A DNA stretch of 64,000 nt, taken from Candidatus Multivorans sp. Its GTDB lineage: Bacteria; Acidobacteriota; Thermoanaerobaculia; Multivoradales; Multivoraceae. The position numbers and the translations under genes were made by a program. The notes below the pieces were generated by a model. The model worked only from the letters and a program-made list of their open reading frames with translations. It was not told where the DNA came from and searched no databases. Shown in pieces: positions 1-8,576 of this stretch. The stretch covers positions 2,595,689 to 2,659,688 of the forward strand of contig OZ251997.1 of the NCBI GenBank assembly GCA_965247095.1, written 5' to 3'. Each line of letters opens with the position of its first letter. The stretch's first letter is position 1.

Positions 1-184
1 CGAACCCGCCCGAAAACAGGCCGGGCCGGCCGGTCAGTACGACGGCTCTGGCATCGTCTGCGGCACGGTCGAGCATGGCATTGACGGCAGCGATCATGGG
101 CGGTCCGAAGACGTTGGCCTTGCCGTCGTCCAGGGTGACCAGGGCCACGTCGCCAACCTGCTCGTAGGTGGTCGGTTCAATCAT
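1..184 (-). CDS. Enoyl-CoA hydratase/isomerase (crotonase) family protein, N-terminal part; continues off the left edge
   Basis: Minus-strand ATG at 184-182 reads MIEPTTYEQVGDVALVTLDDGKANVFGPPMIAAVNAMLDRAADDARAVVLTGRPGLFSGGF, a typical crotonase N-terminus. It is absent from the ORF track because there is no stop in the window. Confidence 0.75.
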   Translation of the reverse strand, partial: MIEPTTYEQVGDVALVTLDDGKANVFGPPMIAAVNAMLDRAADDARAVVLTGRPGLFSGGF

Positions 185-230
185 GAATCAGCTCCCTTGG
201 TGTCTGCCCCTCGGGTCAGGGGCGCTTCAT

Positions 231-1400
231 TCAGTTTGCCACCTTGATCTCGCGGATCTTCTTGAGCGGGACCGCGGTGATCTTCTCCGTCAGCCGGTAC
301 TCGAGGTCGCCCGGGTAGACCACCCACAGATGATCGAGACCGAGGTCCTTGCTGACCGTGTGCATCGACTTGGTCGTCCGGGGGGCATCCGCGCACTTGA
401 ACTCGAATCCCCAGCGCCTGCCGCCGCGGAGCAGCATGAGGTCCAGTTCCGCGCCCCGTTGGGTGCCCCAGAAGCATGCCTGGCGCGCACCGAACGCGAT
501 CAGGGTCTGTTCCAGGGCGAAGCCCTCCCAGCTTGGACCGTAGACGGGGTGGCGGACGAGGTCGTCCATCGATTCCAGCCCCAGCAGGTGGTGGAGAATG
601 CCGGAATCGCGGAGGTACACCTTGGGCGCCTTGACGACGCGTTTGCCGACGTTCTCGAACCATGGTTGGAGCACCCGGATCATGAACGTCCCGGCCAGCA
701 GGTCGCGGTAGTGGTTCACCGCGTTGACGCTGACACCCATCGAGCGGCTGAGCGCCGACGCGTTCCAGGTCTGCGAGTGGGCGTGCGCCAGCATGGTCCA
801 GAAGCGGCCTAGCGCCTCCGGCGACACCCTCGACCCGAGTCCCGGCACATCGCGCTCCAGGAACGTGCGCGCGAACGACTCCATCCACAACATGCAGGCG
901 GCATCCGACTCCGCCAGGTAGGCCAGTGGGAAGCCGCCGCGCATCCAGAGCCGGTCCTGGTTCTCCGCTCCCACCTCGTCGAGTGAGAAGCCGCTCACGT
1001 CGGCGAACGAGATGCGCCCAGCCAGGGTCTCGGAAACGCCGCGGATCAGGTCCCAGGAGGCGCTGCCCAGGAGCAGGAAGACGGCTTTCCGCGCAGGGTC
1101 GTCGCAGATCGGACGGAGAATCTCGAACAACTCGGGTACGCGCTGAACCTCGTCGATCACGATCAGCCCCTCGCCGCTTCGAAGGAGCCGCTCCGGAGTC
1201 GCGCGGAACGCCTCGCGAACCGCAGCCACCTCCAGGTCGTAGACCGTGGAGGGTCCCGTCCACGCCGCCACGATCTGTTGGGCGAGCGTCGTCTTGCCCA
1301 CCTGCCGAGCCCCCAGGAGAGCGGTGACCGGTGACTGGGAGAGTCTCCAGAGTGTGGCGTCGAGCAGGCGCTGTCGGGCGGTAGATTGTCGCATATTCAC
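231..1400 (-). CDS. AAA+ ATPase with C-terminal DUF4143 / PD-(D/E)xK-like nuclease module (COG1373-type)
   Basis: 389-aa ORF. Walker A is GARQVGKTT and Walker B is LIVIDEVQ. The C-terminus has AELDLML...GFEFK, a D...ExK pattern. Confidence 0.85.
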   Translation of the reverse strand: MNMRQSTARQRLLDATLWRLSQSPVTALLGARQVGKTTLAQQIVAAWTGPSTVYDLEVAAVREAFRATPERLLRSGEGLIVIDEVQRVPELFEILRPICDDPARKAVFLLLGSASWDLIRGVSETLAGRISFADVSGFSLDEVGAENQDRLWMRGGFPLAYLAESDAACMLWMESFARTFLERDVPGLGSRVSPEALGRFWTMLAHAHSQTWNASALSRSMGVSVNAVNHYRDLLAGTFMIRVLQPWFENVGKRVVKAPKVYLRDSGILHHLLGLESMDDLVRHPVYGPSWEGFALEQTLIAFGARQACFWGTQRGAELDLMLLRGGRRWGFEFKCADAPRTTKSMHTVSKDLGLDHLWVVYPGDLEYRLTEKITAVPLKKIREIKVAN

Positions 1401-1500
1401 CCTCAGAGGTGAGGTTTACGACAATAAACCGAGTTGGCGGGCTTGTCCAGCGGTGCTCAGGCGGGTGCTTCGGCCTCGTGGAACTCCTTCGCCTTGGGAC

Positions 1501-2952
1501 CTATGTGCGCTTGAGGACCTTCTCGATGATCTCTCTAGCGGCCCGGCGTGACTCGGCAGACTCCGCGATGGCTTGGAACACCTTCCGATACGTGGCAACG
1601 TCCTCGGTTCTGACGTTCGTCAGCCGCGGGCGGCCACGCTGTGCCCGGAAGTGGGTGAGCCTGCGCTCGATGCTCTCTGCTCGGTCGAGCAAGCCCGCAT
1701 CCCACCCGTCTGTTGTGCGAAGTACGTCTCGAATCCGACCTAGCCGAGTAAGGTCGTGTTCAATCAACCGGCGAGCTACTTCGGCAGTCAGGTACCCAGA
1801 TCGCGCAAGCTCGTACGTCTCCTCCGAGTCCGCAATTGCCGCTGCGAACCTGCGCTCGCGCGTTCTCGTTGCTGAGGTGTTTCTGCAGCGCTCCGCCAGT
1901 CGGCGGAAGATCGCTCCCAGGTGGTTCTCCAGATTTCTCGTGTGGGGTCCGGGCTCGAAGTAGTCTCGCCGGCCGTTCGGGACGATCCTGGGGTCCAGAA
2001 TGTGTATCTCCCCTACGGCCCACCTATTGAGGCGGTCCTCCTTGAACATATGGTCGAAGACGCCTTCGCCGCCGACTTGGATGTTCCCGCATCGCGCTCT
2101 GAGTCCTCTGATACCCGCGCTCTTGGGGATTGCTCCGAGGTAAGACGTGTGGGCAAGCCACCCCGCTGCCGCTCGCTCGCGGCTGTCGATCTTGGGCACG
2201 TCGAACACTTCGAGGGCGCTGAAGGCGTCGCTTCGGCCGGCAGAGAACTCAATGCCCTCGGCATGGGGCCTGGTAACGGCATCGTCGCCGTCGATGGAGA
2301 CGTTCATCGCGTACAGCGCATCTCCAACATACTCTTCGACCATCTCGCGGAAGGGAAAGGCGGTTGAGAGAGGCACTGGACAGACCTCCGCGACGTAGCT
2401 GTGAACCCTCTGCCGGTTCAGGACAGAGCCAGCCGCGTAGCGGGCGACGCCACGGACCTCTACTTCGAAGTACTGGTCGGGCTCTTCGTCGGCATCCAGT
2501 TGTTCCACAGTGACGAAGTCACCTATTCGCTGTTCCGTGTCGGCTAGGTCGTGGTTCCTCAGACGGAGGGCGTCCCAAGTGACGCGGACAGGAGGCTGGT
2601 CCGCGCTGGCCCTGGTGGTGAAAGCGACTGCCTCTGCGAAAGCCAGACCAGCCAGGCGACCGATTCCGCGAAATCCCCTATTGCTGGCGGCGCGCTTGGT
2701 GCTTTGGCCGACCGGAATCAACGAGTCGACGGCTTCCTGGAACGTCAGGCCGGGGCCGTAGTCCCGGATGCGGATCTGGGCCTGCCGAGGGTCGAGGTGA
2801 ATCTCGACTCGGCCGGATCCTGGACTTCCTGTAGTCGCGTCCGCTGCGTTCTGGAGATACTCGCGGTAGAGCGTCAGCGGATCGTCGTACATCCCCGACG
2901 TGACCAGCCGAAGAAGGCTGTGGCCGAGCGCTGGTTCGTTGGAGCTGCTCAT
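1501..2952 (-). CDS. GHKL-superfamily ATPase (HATPase_c_3 / Hsp90-MORC-like)
   Basis: 483-aa ORF. Bergerat-fold motifs are EYLQNAADA (N-box), DYGPGL (DxGxG) and GFRGIGRLAG (G-rich lid), encoded at about nt 2749-2862. GGGGAG Shine-Dalgarno lies just upstream of the ATG at 2952. Confidence 0.8.
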   Translation of the reverse strand: MSSSNEPALGHSLLRLVTSGMYDDPLTLYREYLQNAADATTGSPGSGRVEIHLDPRQAQIRIRDYGPGLTFQEAVDSLIPVGQSTKRAASNRGFRGIGRLAGLAFAEAVAFTTRASADQPPVRVTWDALRLRNHDLADTEQRIGDFVTVEQLDADEEPDQYFEVEVRGVARYAAGSVLNRQRVHSYVAEVCPVPLSTAFPFREMVEEYVGDALYAMNVSIDGDDAVTRPHAEGIEFSAGRSDAFSALEVFDVPKIDSRERAAAGWLAHTSYLGAIPKSAGIRGLRARCGNIQVGGEGVFDHMFKEDRLNRWAVGEIHILDPRIVPNGRRDYFEPGPHTRNLENHLGAIFRRLAERCRNTSATRTRERRFAAAIADSEETYELARSGYLTAEVARRLIEHDLTRLGRIRDVLRTTDGWDAGLLDRAESIERRLTHFRAQRGRPRLTNVRTEDVATYRKVFQAIAESAESRRAAREIIEKVLKRT

Positions 2953-3061
2953 GCTCTCCCCACTTGGAGACGGCCGTTCAGGTGATGGCTAGGCCGCCGT
3001 TGAAGGGCTAGCCGTTGTACCACAAGCAACGGGCCAGTAGCTGGCAGAGATCGCTTGGAGG

Positions 3062-4702
3062 CTAGCTCGCAGCCAGGACCTTCGTCGCCCGTGAGCGGGT
3101 GGCGGCGAGCGCCTCCTCGTGGCTGAACAGACCGGCGTCCTCCACGAACTCCTCTTCGCTGGGCATGGCCGGATCGGGATTGAGGGACGGGAACAACGGC
3201 AGTACCCGGTCCCGGACAGTCCCGGGAGCATCCTTCGTGTTGAGCGCATGGAAGCGGAGGAGCTGTCGAGTGGTGGCGTCGCGGGCTCGGTCGTTACTGG
3301 CGCGCTGACACAGGGCCCGTAGCTCGCCGTCCCCTCTAGCCTGAGCGAGGAAGGCGATGAACTCCCTTCTCTCCGACTCGGACAGTCGGGCTCGCAGCGT
3401 GTCGTACTCGTCCCGTGCTCCGGACTGCTCGTACTGCTCTCGGTGGAAGATGAGCGCGTGGGGCAACTCCAGTAGCTGCAAGAACTCCTCCTGGTCCCTT
3501 CCATAGGCGCGCTCGAAGAAGCTCGGGTTGCCGCTGACTACGCCACGGGTGGCCTGCAGCATGATCTGGAAGGACCGCAGGTAGTAGCGGTTCCAGCGCC
3601 TTCCCACGTGTGAGCGGTCCTTCAGCGTCACCGGTTGGTAGCGCATCGGGAACGACCAGATGCGAACGCCGAGCTCTTCGTTCAGGCCGATGTTCAGGCG
3701 CATCCGCTCGTACAGGTCCTCCGGGGAGTCCATGAAGTTGTACAGCATGTAGTTCGACAGCGACGTGATGCCGTTGTCAGCCGCCATCCTCACCGCGGTG
3801 GTGTAGATCTTTCGTAGTCCGATGTGGTCGAAGGCGATCCGGAGGGGGCTGATGCAGATAGTGGCCATCTCGCGCAGGTACATTGGGGACTTGACGAGAA
3901 TCCTTGCGTCCACACCCTGGTTGAAGTCGACGCGGCGCTTCACCGGCCGCTGATCGTTCCGCCTCAGCTTGGCTCCCTGCTCGAAACCGAGGTCGCGAAT
4001 CTCGGCGATGACCTCCTTGTACCGGGCGGACGCAGTGATGTTGTTGTCCATGAGCACGAGGTCCTTCTTGGGCCCGTGTCTCGCGTCTACCCCGTTGACG
4101 AGGGCGGCGAGGGGCGGCATTTCGCGCTGCGCACCCTCAAGTTTCGGGACGCCGCAGAAGGAGCACTTCCGTATGCAGCCCCTTGAGGCATAGCCGAAGT
4201 AGGCGTCCCGCACCGGATAGGTGTAGTCGAGCTGCTCCAGGATGGAGTAGTCCGGCACCATCTCCTCGATTGGAGGGCCGTCAAGGTCGTCCGCACCGAA
4301 CTCGAAGTCCTCCGCGCGAAGCTGAAGGGCTCTTGCCGGCGGGCCGTCCAGCAGTCCCGCGATGAAGCGGACCCCCGCCCACCGTGGCTCCTTGAGGAAC
4401 TCCTCGTGCATGAGCGAGGCAGCGATTCCGCCGACGAAGACCCGTTCGGGCTGGTTACCAGCCGATTGAATGGCGAAGTCGATGGTTTCGGCGGTGCGCT
4501 TCCACTCGAAGCTGAAGAGCGTCGTGACGTAGACGCGGTCCCACGGCTCCAGGAAGAGGCCCTTTTCCGACACACCTTTCGCGAGCGTCACCGCGTCGCC
4601 ACGCTGCCGGTGGTAAGCCGCGATCTTCATGAGCCCGAGAGGCGGGTACTTGTTGCGGTAGCCCGGCTCCAGGAGAAGCACGCGCTTCGTCGGCTCCGTC
4701 AT
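3062..4702 (-). CDS. Radical SAM enzyme with N-terminal B12-binding-like domain (COG1032-type); substrate unknown
   Basis: 546-aa ORF. The N-terminus reads LLLEPGYRNKYPPLGLMKIAAYHRQRGD. There is a single CxxxCxxC motif, CIRKCSFC (C176/C180/C183, nt 4154-4177). No C-terminal Cys-rich SPASM/twitch region is present. Confidence 0.85.
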   Translation of the reverse strand: MTEPTKRVLLLEPGYRNKYPPLGLMKIAAYHRQRGDAVTLAKGVSEKGLFLEPWDRVYVTTLFSFEWKRTAETIDFAIQSAGNQPERVFVGGIAASLMHEEFLKEPRWAGVRFIAGLLDGPPARALQLRAEDFEFGADDLDGPPIEEMVPDYSILEQLDYTYPVRDAYFGYASRGCIRKCSFCGVPKLEGAQREMPPLAALVNGVDARHGPKKDLVLMDNNITASARYKEVIAEIRDLGFEQGAKLRRNDQRPVKRRVDFNQGVDARILVKSPMYLREMATICISPLRIAFDHIGLRKIYTTAVRMAADNGITSLSNYMLYNFMDSPEDLYERMRLNIGLNEELGVRIWSFPMRYQPVTLKDRSHVGRRWNRYYLRSFQIMLQATRGVVSGNPSFFERAYGRDQEEFLQLLELPHALIFHREQYEQSGARDEYDTLRARLSESERREFIAFLAQARGDGELRALCQRASNDRARDATTRQLLRFHALNTKDAPGTVRDRVLPLFPSLNPDPAMPSEEEFVEDAGLFSHEEALAATRSRATKVLAAS

Positions 4703-4899
4703 TTGGCCAGCATCCGGGTCGCGACCTTGCGACTCTTCCCGAACTCGAAGTCCACCATCTTCCTCGTTACCGGGTCATTCTGCAGTCGTCGGACAGCGTG
4801 ACCCTGCTCCTGCCACGCGAGGCTGATGCCGAAACCGCTCGAGACGCGCGTTAGCATATCAATGGTGCGCCGCTGGCCTCTCTCGCTCAAGCGCGTCAT
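4699..4899 (-). CDS. Possible 66-aa hypothetical protein translationally coupled to the radical SAM gene
   Basis: Internal ATG at 4899 of track ORF 4699..5091 gives MTRLSERGQRRTIDMLTRVSSGFGISLAWQEQGHAVRRLQNDPVTRKMVDFEFGKSRKVATRMLAK. Its TGA overlaps the radical SAM ATG (ATGA). No convincing RBS and no recognisable family. Confidence 0.3.
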   Translation of the reverse strand: MTRLSERGQRRTIDMLTRVSSGFGISLAWQEQGHAVRRLQNDPVTRKMVDFEFGKSRKVATRMLAK

Positions 4900-5032
4900 G
4901 GGCCGGTCTGTCTCGCTCCTCGCCGCGCCAGCGAAGACCGGGCCGCGAGGCCAACTCCAAGATGGTCGAGCTTGTGAGTATTGTCGCATCCAGCTTCGAC
5001 CTCTGCCTCTCGCTTGTGGGACACCAGTCCTA

Positions 5033-7363
5033 CTAAACCGCCTGAGATTCAGCGATATCTTCCGGAAAGTACTTCTCGACCTTCTCAACATACTGGTTGA
5101 CGAAGGCGACCTGGTCCGGGGTCAGGACACCGCGCTCAGGGTGCGCCACGATGTTGCGAATATCGTTGAGTTTCTTGATCCATTGCGTGTTTGCCTTCAT
5201 GTTGTCCCTGTTACTCGCGTCCAGCGATATCACTTCTTTGAATAGCTGCCAATTGCGGTGACATATGTCGATATAGTTTATCAGAAAGAGTTGAGATTCT
5301 TCATTGCCCTCACGTCGCCGCTCTTCCCACCGGGCCATGCATTGCTGGCGGATCGTGAGCGGGATTCCTTCCGTCCACCACTCTGTGCCCTGCGCGCCAT
5401 AGTGTCCCTTCAACGCCACGATGACGTAGTCAAAGAGCCTACGCTGTATCTTTCGCACCTTGGCGCTCGCTTCTTCTGTACCCGCTTCATCGCGGGAATC
5501 CAAGTACTGCTGCAGCCCTGGCGGCCTGAAGCTGGGGATCGTCTGGCCAATATGCGCCTCCAAACCGTAGGCCTGCCGCCGCACGGCTGTCAGGGAAGAG
5601 CCAATGCGCCTAAAGGACTGGATCTCTTGCGGTGATGCGTTCTTCAAGTAGCCGACCAAGACCTGAAGATACGGCCGGATTTCCCCGAAGGTCTCTTCTG
5701 CATTGAAGAGACTGAGGTCCACGCCGTCCGTGCGACGGACATGGTCAGCAATATCTTCAATAACGTGAAACAGAGCCCGAATGCCGTTGTTGGTACACAG
5801 ATATCCACCGGCTCGGTCGCCGAGCTCCCAGTGGCTCGCGAGCCCCGCCGCGAACATGTTGAGGCACTCCGAGAGCACCCATAGGGCCTTCCTGAGGTTC
5901 GCGTTGTAGTCGTCGGTTCTGGCCGTAGACAGGGGGCCCGGCACAACCGCACCTCTAGCGAAGGCTCCCAACAGCTTGGCAACTCTGAGCCCGTCCCGCA
6001 CCGAAGTCTGTGTCAGGCAGCGATAGTGGCTCTTCCTCTTTCCGGTGACGACCAGGCGGTCATGGAGCGGCGAGGTGCTGTCGCGGTTGAGGCGGGAGGC
6101 GATACGCGAGAGTAGGGCCTGAAACGCTTCTTCACGGTCGGAAGAGCCCCAATGAAGGTCAGCGTAAAGCTCGACCAAGAGTCCTGTGCTCACCTTGACC
6201 TGCTTGCTGTTGATATCGATGAAGAGGTTCATCTCCTCCTCGGAAGGTAGGTTTTCATAGGCCAGCACGGACAGGACGGTTGAATCCTTGTTGAATCCCT
6301 CTTGTGCTCGCGCATAGGCGTAGCCATAGAGCCTATGCTGGCCGTCGATGATCCAGGCCGAGGCGTAGTTCGGTGGCAGATAGAGTGTGCCCCAGGCCTC
6401 GTCACCGTAGGTCTGCTTCGCATCGAAACGCATCCGAGTTTTCTTGCGGTTCTTCAAGTTGACAACGATATTTGTCGGAAACCTGCCGCCGCCATTGATG
6501 TATTGTGCGATCTTCTTCAGCCGGCGCGGCTGGAGCATGCGCTGGTATGTTTCCAAATTGTCGATGTCCCGGCTTGCCTTGTGGCCAACATAGGCGATCT
6601 TCAAGAGCTCGCCAGGGCTGATGAGGAAAGTGTAGAACGTCTCGCCGCCCATCCTGCCGCGGGTCGCTACGACTTGTCGGACTAGGCCGGGGATCTTCTG
6701 GCCGCCGAACATGTGCCCCAAGAACTGGTAGCGGGCCGCGCGTTTGAGGTGCTTCACGAGCTTCGCATAGTAGTCGAGTTCCCCGTCCGTGACGACCGCA
6801 ATCTCCGCCTTCTCGCACTTCGCAAGGTCCGCATCGCTCCATGAGACATTTCGTGTGGCGATGATAAATCTGACTTTGAGCCCCGACTGCCGGCCGTAGG
6901 CCTTGCGGACCGACTTGAGCAAGTTGCCCCGGATTGCCGTGATGTTCTCGATCAGCGGCGCCATGCGCTTCGTGCCCGGGGTGCCACGCTGCGTGCACTC
7001 GACGATGATGACGGTTTCGTCGTCCTTGGCGAACACATCGATCTGACGTCCTGGCGGGCCATCTTCGACGGCGATCGTGAACTTGCGGCCTTTGTTCATT
7101 TCATCGAAGCCCATCTGAGCTAGGATGCACCAAACTTCGTCCTCAAGCTGCTCGTCAGCAGGCTTCTCCTGGGCCATTCGCGTTGACTTGGCGTTCTTTC
7201 TGACCGTCCGCCAACCGTTAGCTGCTTCCAGCTTGACCTTTTGAGCGACAAGCTCCTTCGACGAACCCGAGACAGTCTTATAGATATCCGGCTTTTTCCG
7301 GCTCCTGAGCTCGGATGTGATCTCATCGCCGGATAAGAGGGGGTCTAGGTATTGGTCGGTCAT
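5033..7363 (-). CDS. DGQHR-domain (DndB/DpdB ParB-like) protein with C-terminal HEPN-like R-x4-H motif
   Basis: 776-aa ORF. It contains WIIDGQHRLYGY (nt 6332-6346), FPTNIVVNL, and LFIDINSKQVKV. The C-terminus reads KKLNDIRNIVAHPERG (RNIVAH at nt 5141-5158). AGGGAG RBS lies upstream of the ATG at 7363. GC is visibly lower than in flanking DNA. Confidence 0.85.
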   Translation of the reverse strand: MTDQYLDPLLSGDEITSELRSRKKPDIYKTVSGSSKELVAQKVKLEAANGWRTVRKNAKSTRMAQEKPADEQLEDEVWCILAQMGFDEMNKGRKFTIAVEDGPPGRQIDVFAKDDETVIIVECTQRGTPGTKRMAPLIENITAIRGNLLKSVRKAYGRQSGLKVRFIIATRNVSWSDADLAKCEKAEIAVVTDGELDYYAKLVKHLKRAARYQFLGHMFGGQKIPGLVRQVVATRGRMGGETFYTFLISPGELLKIAYVGHKASRDIDNLETYQRMLQPRRLKKIAQYINGGGRFPTNIVVNLKNRKKTRMRFDAKQTYGDEAWGTLYLPPNYASAWIIDGQHRLYGYAYARAQEGFNKDSTVLSVLAYENLPSEEEMNLFIDINSKQVKVSTGLLVELYADLHWGSSDREEAFQALLSRIASRLNRDSTSPLHDRLVVTGKRKSHYRCLTQTSVRDGLRVAKLLGAFARGAVVPGPLSTARTDDYNANLRKALWVLSECLNMFAAGLASHWELGDRAGGYLCTNNGIRALFHVIEDIADHVRRTDGVDLSLFNAEETFGEIRPYLQVLVGYLKNASPQEIQSFRRIGSSLTAVRRQAYGLEAHIGQTIPSFRPPGLQQYLDSRDEAGTEEASAKVRKIQRRLFDYVIVALKGHYGAQGTEWWTEGIPLTIRQQCMARWEERRREGNEESQLFLINYIDICHRNWQLFKEVISLDASNRDNMKANTQWIKKLNDIRNIVAHPERGVLTPDQVAFVNQYVEKVEKYFPEDIAESQAV

Positions 7364-7577
7364 GCCGCTGCTCCCTGGTGAGTCGACTATCTCGCATCAT
7401 GTCGCTGGAGGCGACATTCGTGGACCTGTGCCTCAGGGTGTTCCGCGGACGCAGTACCGGAAGGCGAAGGAAGGGCGTTGAAGCTGGACGTGAGTTTCGG
7501 GAGGCTAGCACTTCGGTTGCTGGGAGTCAGATCGGCCCGGAACCTGTCAACGACATTGACACAGCGGGGTTCTGGAT

Positions 7578-8576
7578 TTACTGAGTCGTCTCTGCAGTCT
7601 CGTTGTCGGGCTTGTTGATCCAGACGGCCTGGGGCAGTGGCGTATGCATCGGTTGGCCGCCGACGAATCGTTCGGGGGAGCTTTCCCAGGCGGCGCTCAG
7701 CGTGCGTTGGCGCTGCTCGATCACGGCTTGCGCCCGGCCGTAGTGGACGGTCTCGGGGGTCAGCATGGCGATGCCGGCATGGCGGTGTTCCGTGTTGTAC
7801 CAGGGGAAGAAGGACCTGCAGTAGTCGGTCGCGGCGTCCTGGTTGGGGAAGCGGCTGGGGAAGTCGGGGTGGTACTTGAGGGTCTTGAACTGTGCTTCGG
7901 AGTAGGGGTTGTCGTCGCTGACCCGCGGGCGGCCCAGGGACCGGTTCACGCCGAGGCGGGCGAGCAGTTGGGCGGTACCCTGGCTGGTCATGGGGGCGCC
8001 TCGATCGGAATGCAGGGTCAGGACATGGGGCTTGACGCCGTGCTTGAGGCAGGTCTCCTCGATGAGCCTTTGGGCGAGCGCGGAGTTCTCGCGGTCGGCG
8101 ACCATCCAGCCGACCGCGTAGCGGCTTAGGAGGTCAAGCAGGACGTAGAGGTAGTAGTAGGTCCAGGTCTGCGGTCCGAGCAGCCTGGTGATGTCCCACG
8201 ACCAGACCTGGTTGGGCGCGACAGCGACCAGCTCCGGCTTGGCGTACGACGGATGGACGCGCTGGTTGCGGCGGTCCCTCACGGGGTGGTTCGCTTCGAG
8301 GATGCGGTACATCGTGCGCTCCGAGCACAGGTAGCGGCCCTCGTCGAGCAGGGTGGCCACCACTTCTCCCGGCGAACGATCGACGAAACGCGGCGACGCA
8401 AGCGTGGCCTCGACCCGTTTCCGCTCGATCTGGCTCAGTGCCCGGGCAGGCGTGGGGCGGGGCTGCCGTCGCCCGGGAGCGGGCCTCGCACGACGATAGA
8501 AGGTCGATCGCGATACGCCCAGCGCCCGGCACGCCGGCGCGACGCCGACCTGCCGGGCCAGGGACCTTGCCGCCAT
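7578..8576 (-). CDS. IS3-family transposase OrfB (rve DDE integrase core)
   Basis: Contains NQVWSWDITRL, HSDRGAPMTS and DNPYSEAQFKTLKY. The ATG at 8576 overlaps the orfA stop (TGATG). The frame stays open upstream, consistent with an OrfAB fusion. Confidence 0.85.
   Translation of the reverse strand: MAARSLARQVGVAPACRALGVSRSTFYRRARPAPGRRQPRPTPARALSQIERKRVEATLASPRFVDRSPGEVVATLLDEGRYLCSERTMYRILEANHPVRDRRNQRVHPSYAKPELVAVAPNQVWSWDITRLLGPQTWTYYYLYVLLDLLSRYAVGWMVADRENSALAQRLIEETCLKHGVKPHVLTLHSDRGAPMTSQGTAQLLARLGVNRSLGRPRVSDDNPYSEAQFKTLKYHPDFPSRFPNQDAATDYCRSFFPWYNTEHRHAGIAMLTPETVHYGRAQAVIEQRQRTLSAAWESSPERFVGGQPMHTPLPQAVWINKPDNETAETTQ

Noticed and set aside
3062-4702. The radical SAM gene as the anaerobic sulfatase-maturating enzyme for the three sulfatases in the window.
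   Set aside because: - anSMEs have the CxxxCxxC motif near the N-terminus and Cys-rich SPASM auxiliary-cluster motifs.
- This protein has a B12-binding-like N-domain, its cluster motif at residues 176-183, and only two further isolated cysteines.
- It is also embedded in the low-GC DGQHR/GHKL operon, far from the sulfatases.
4699-5091. The full 130-aa version of the small ORF between the DGQHR and radical SAM genes.
   Set aside because: The first half overlaps the DGQHR C-terminus and is Arg/Ser/Trp-rich nonsense. Only the last 66 aa, from the ATG at 4899, look protein-like, and even that call is low confidence.
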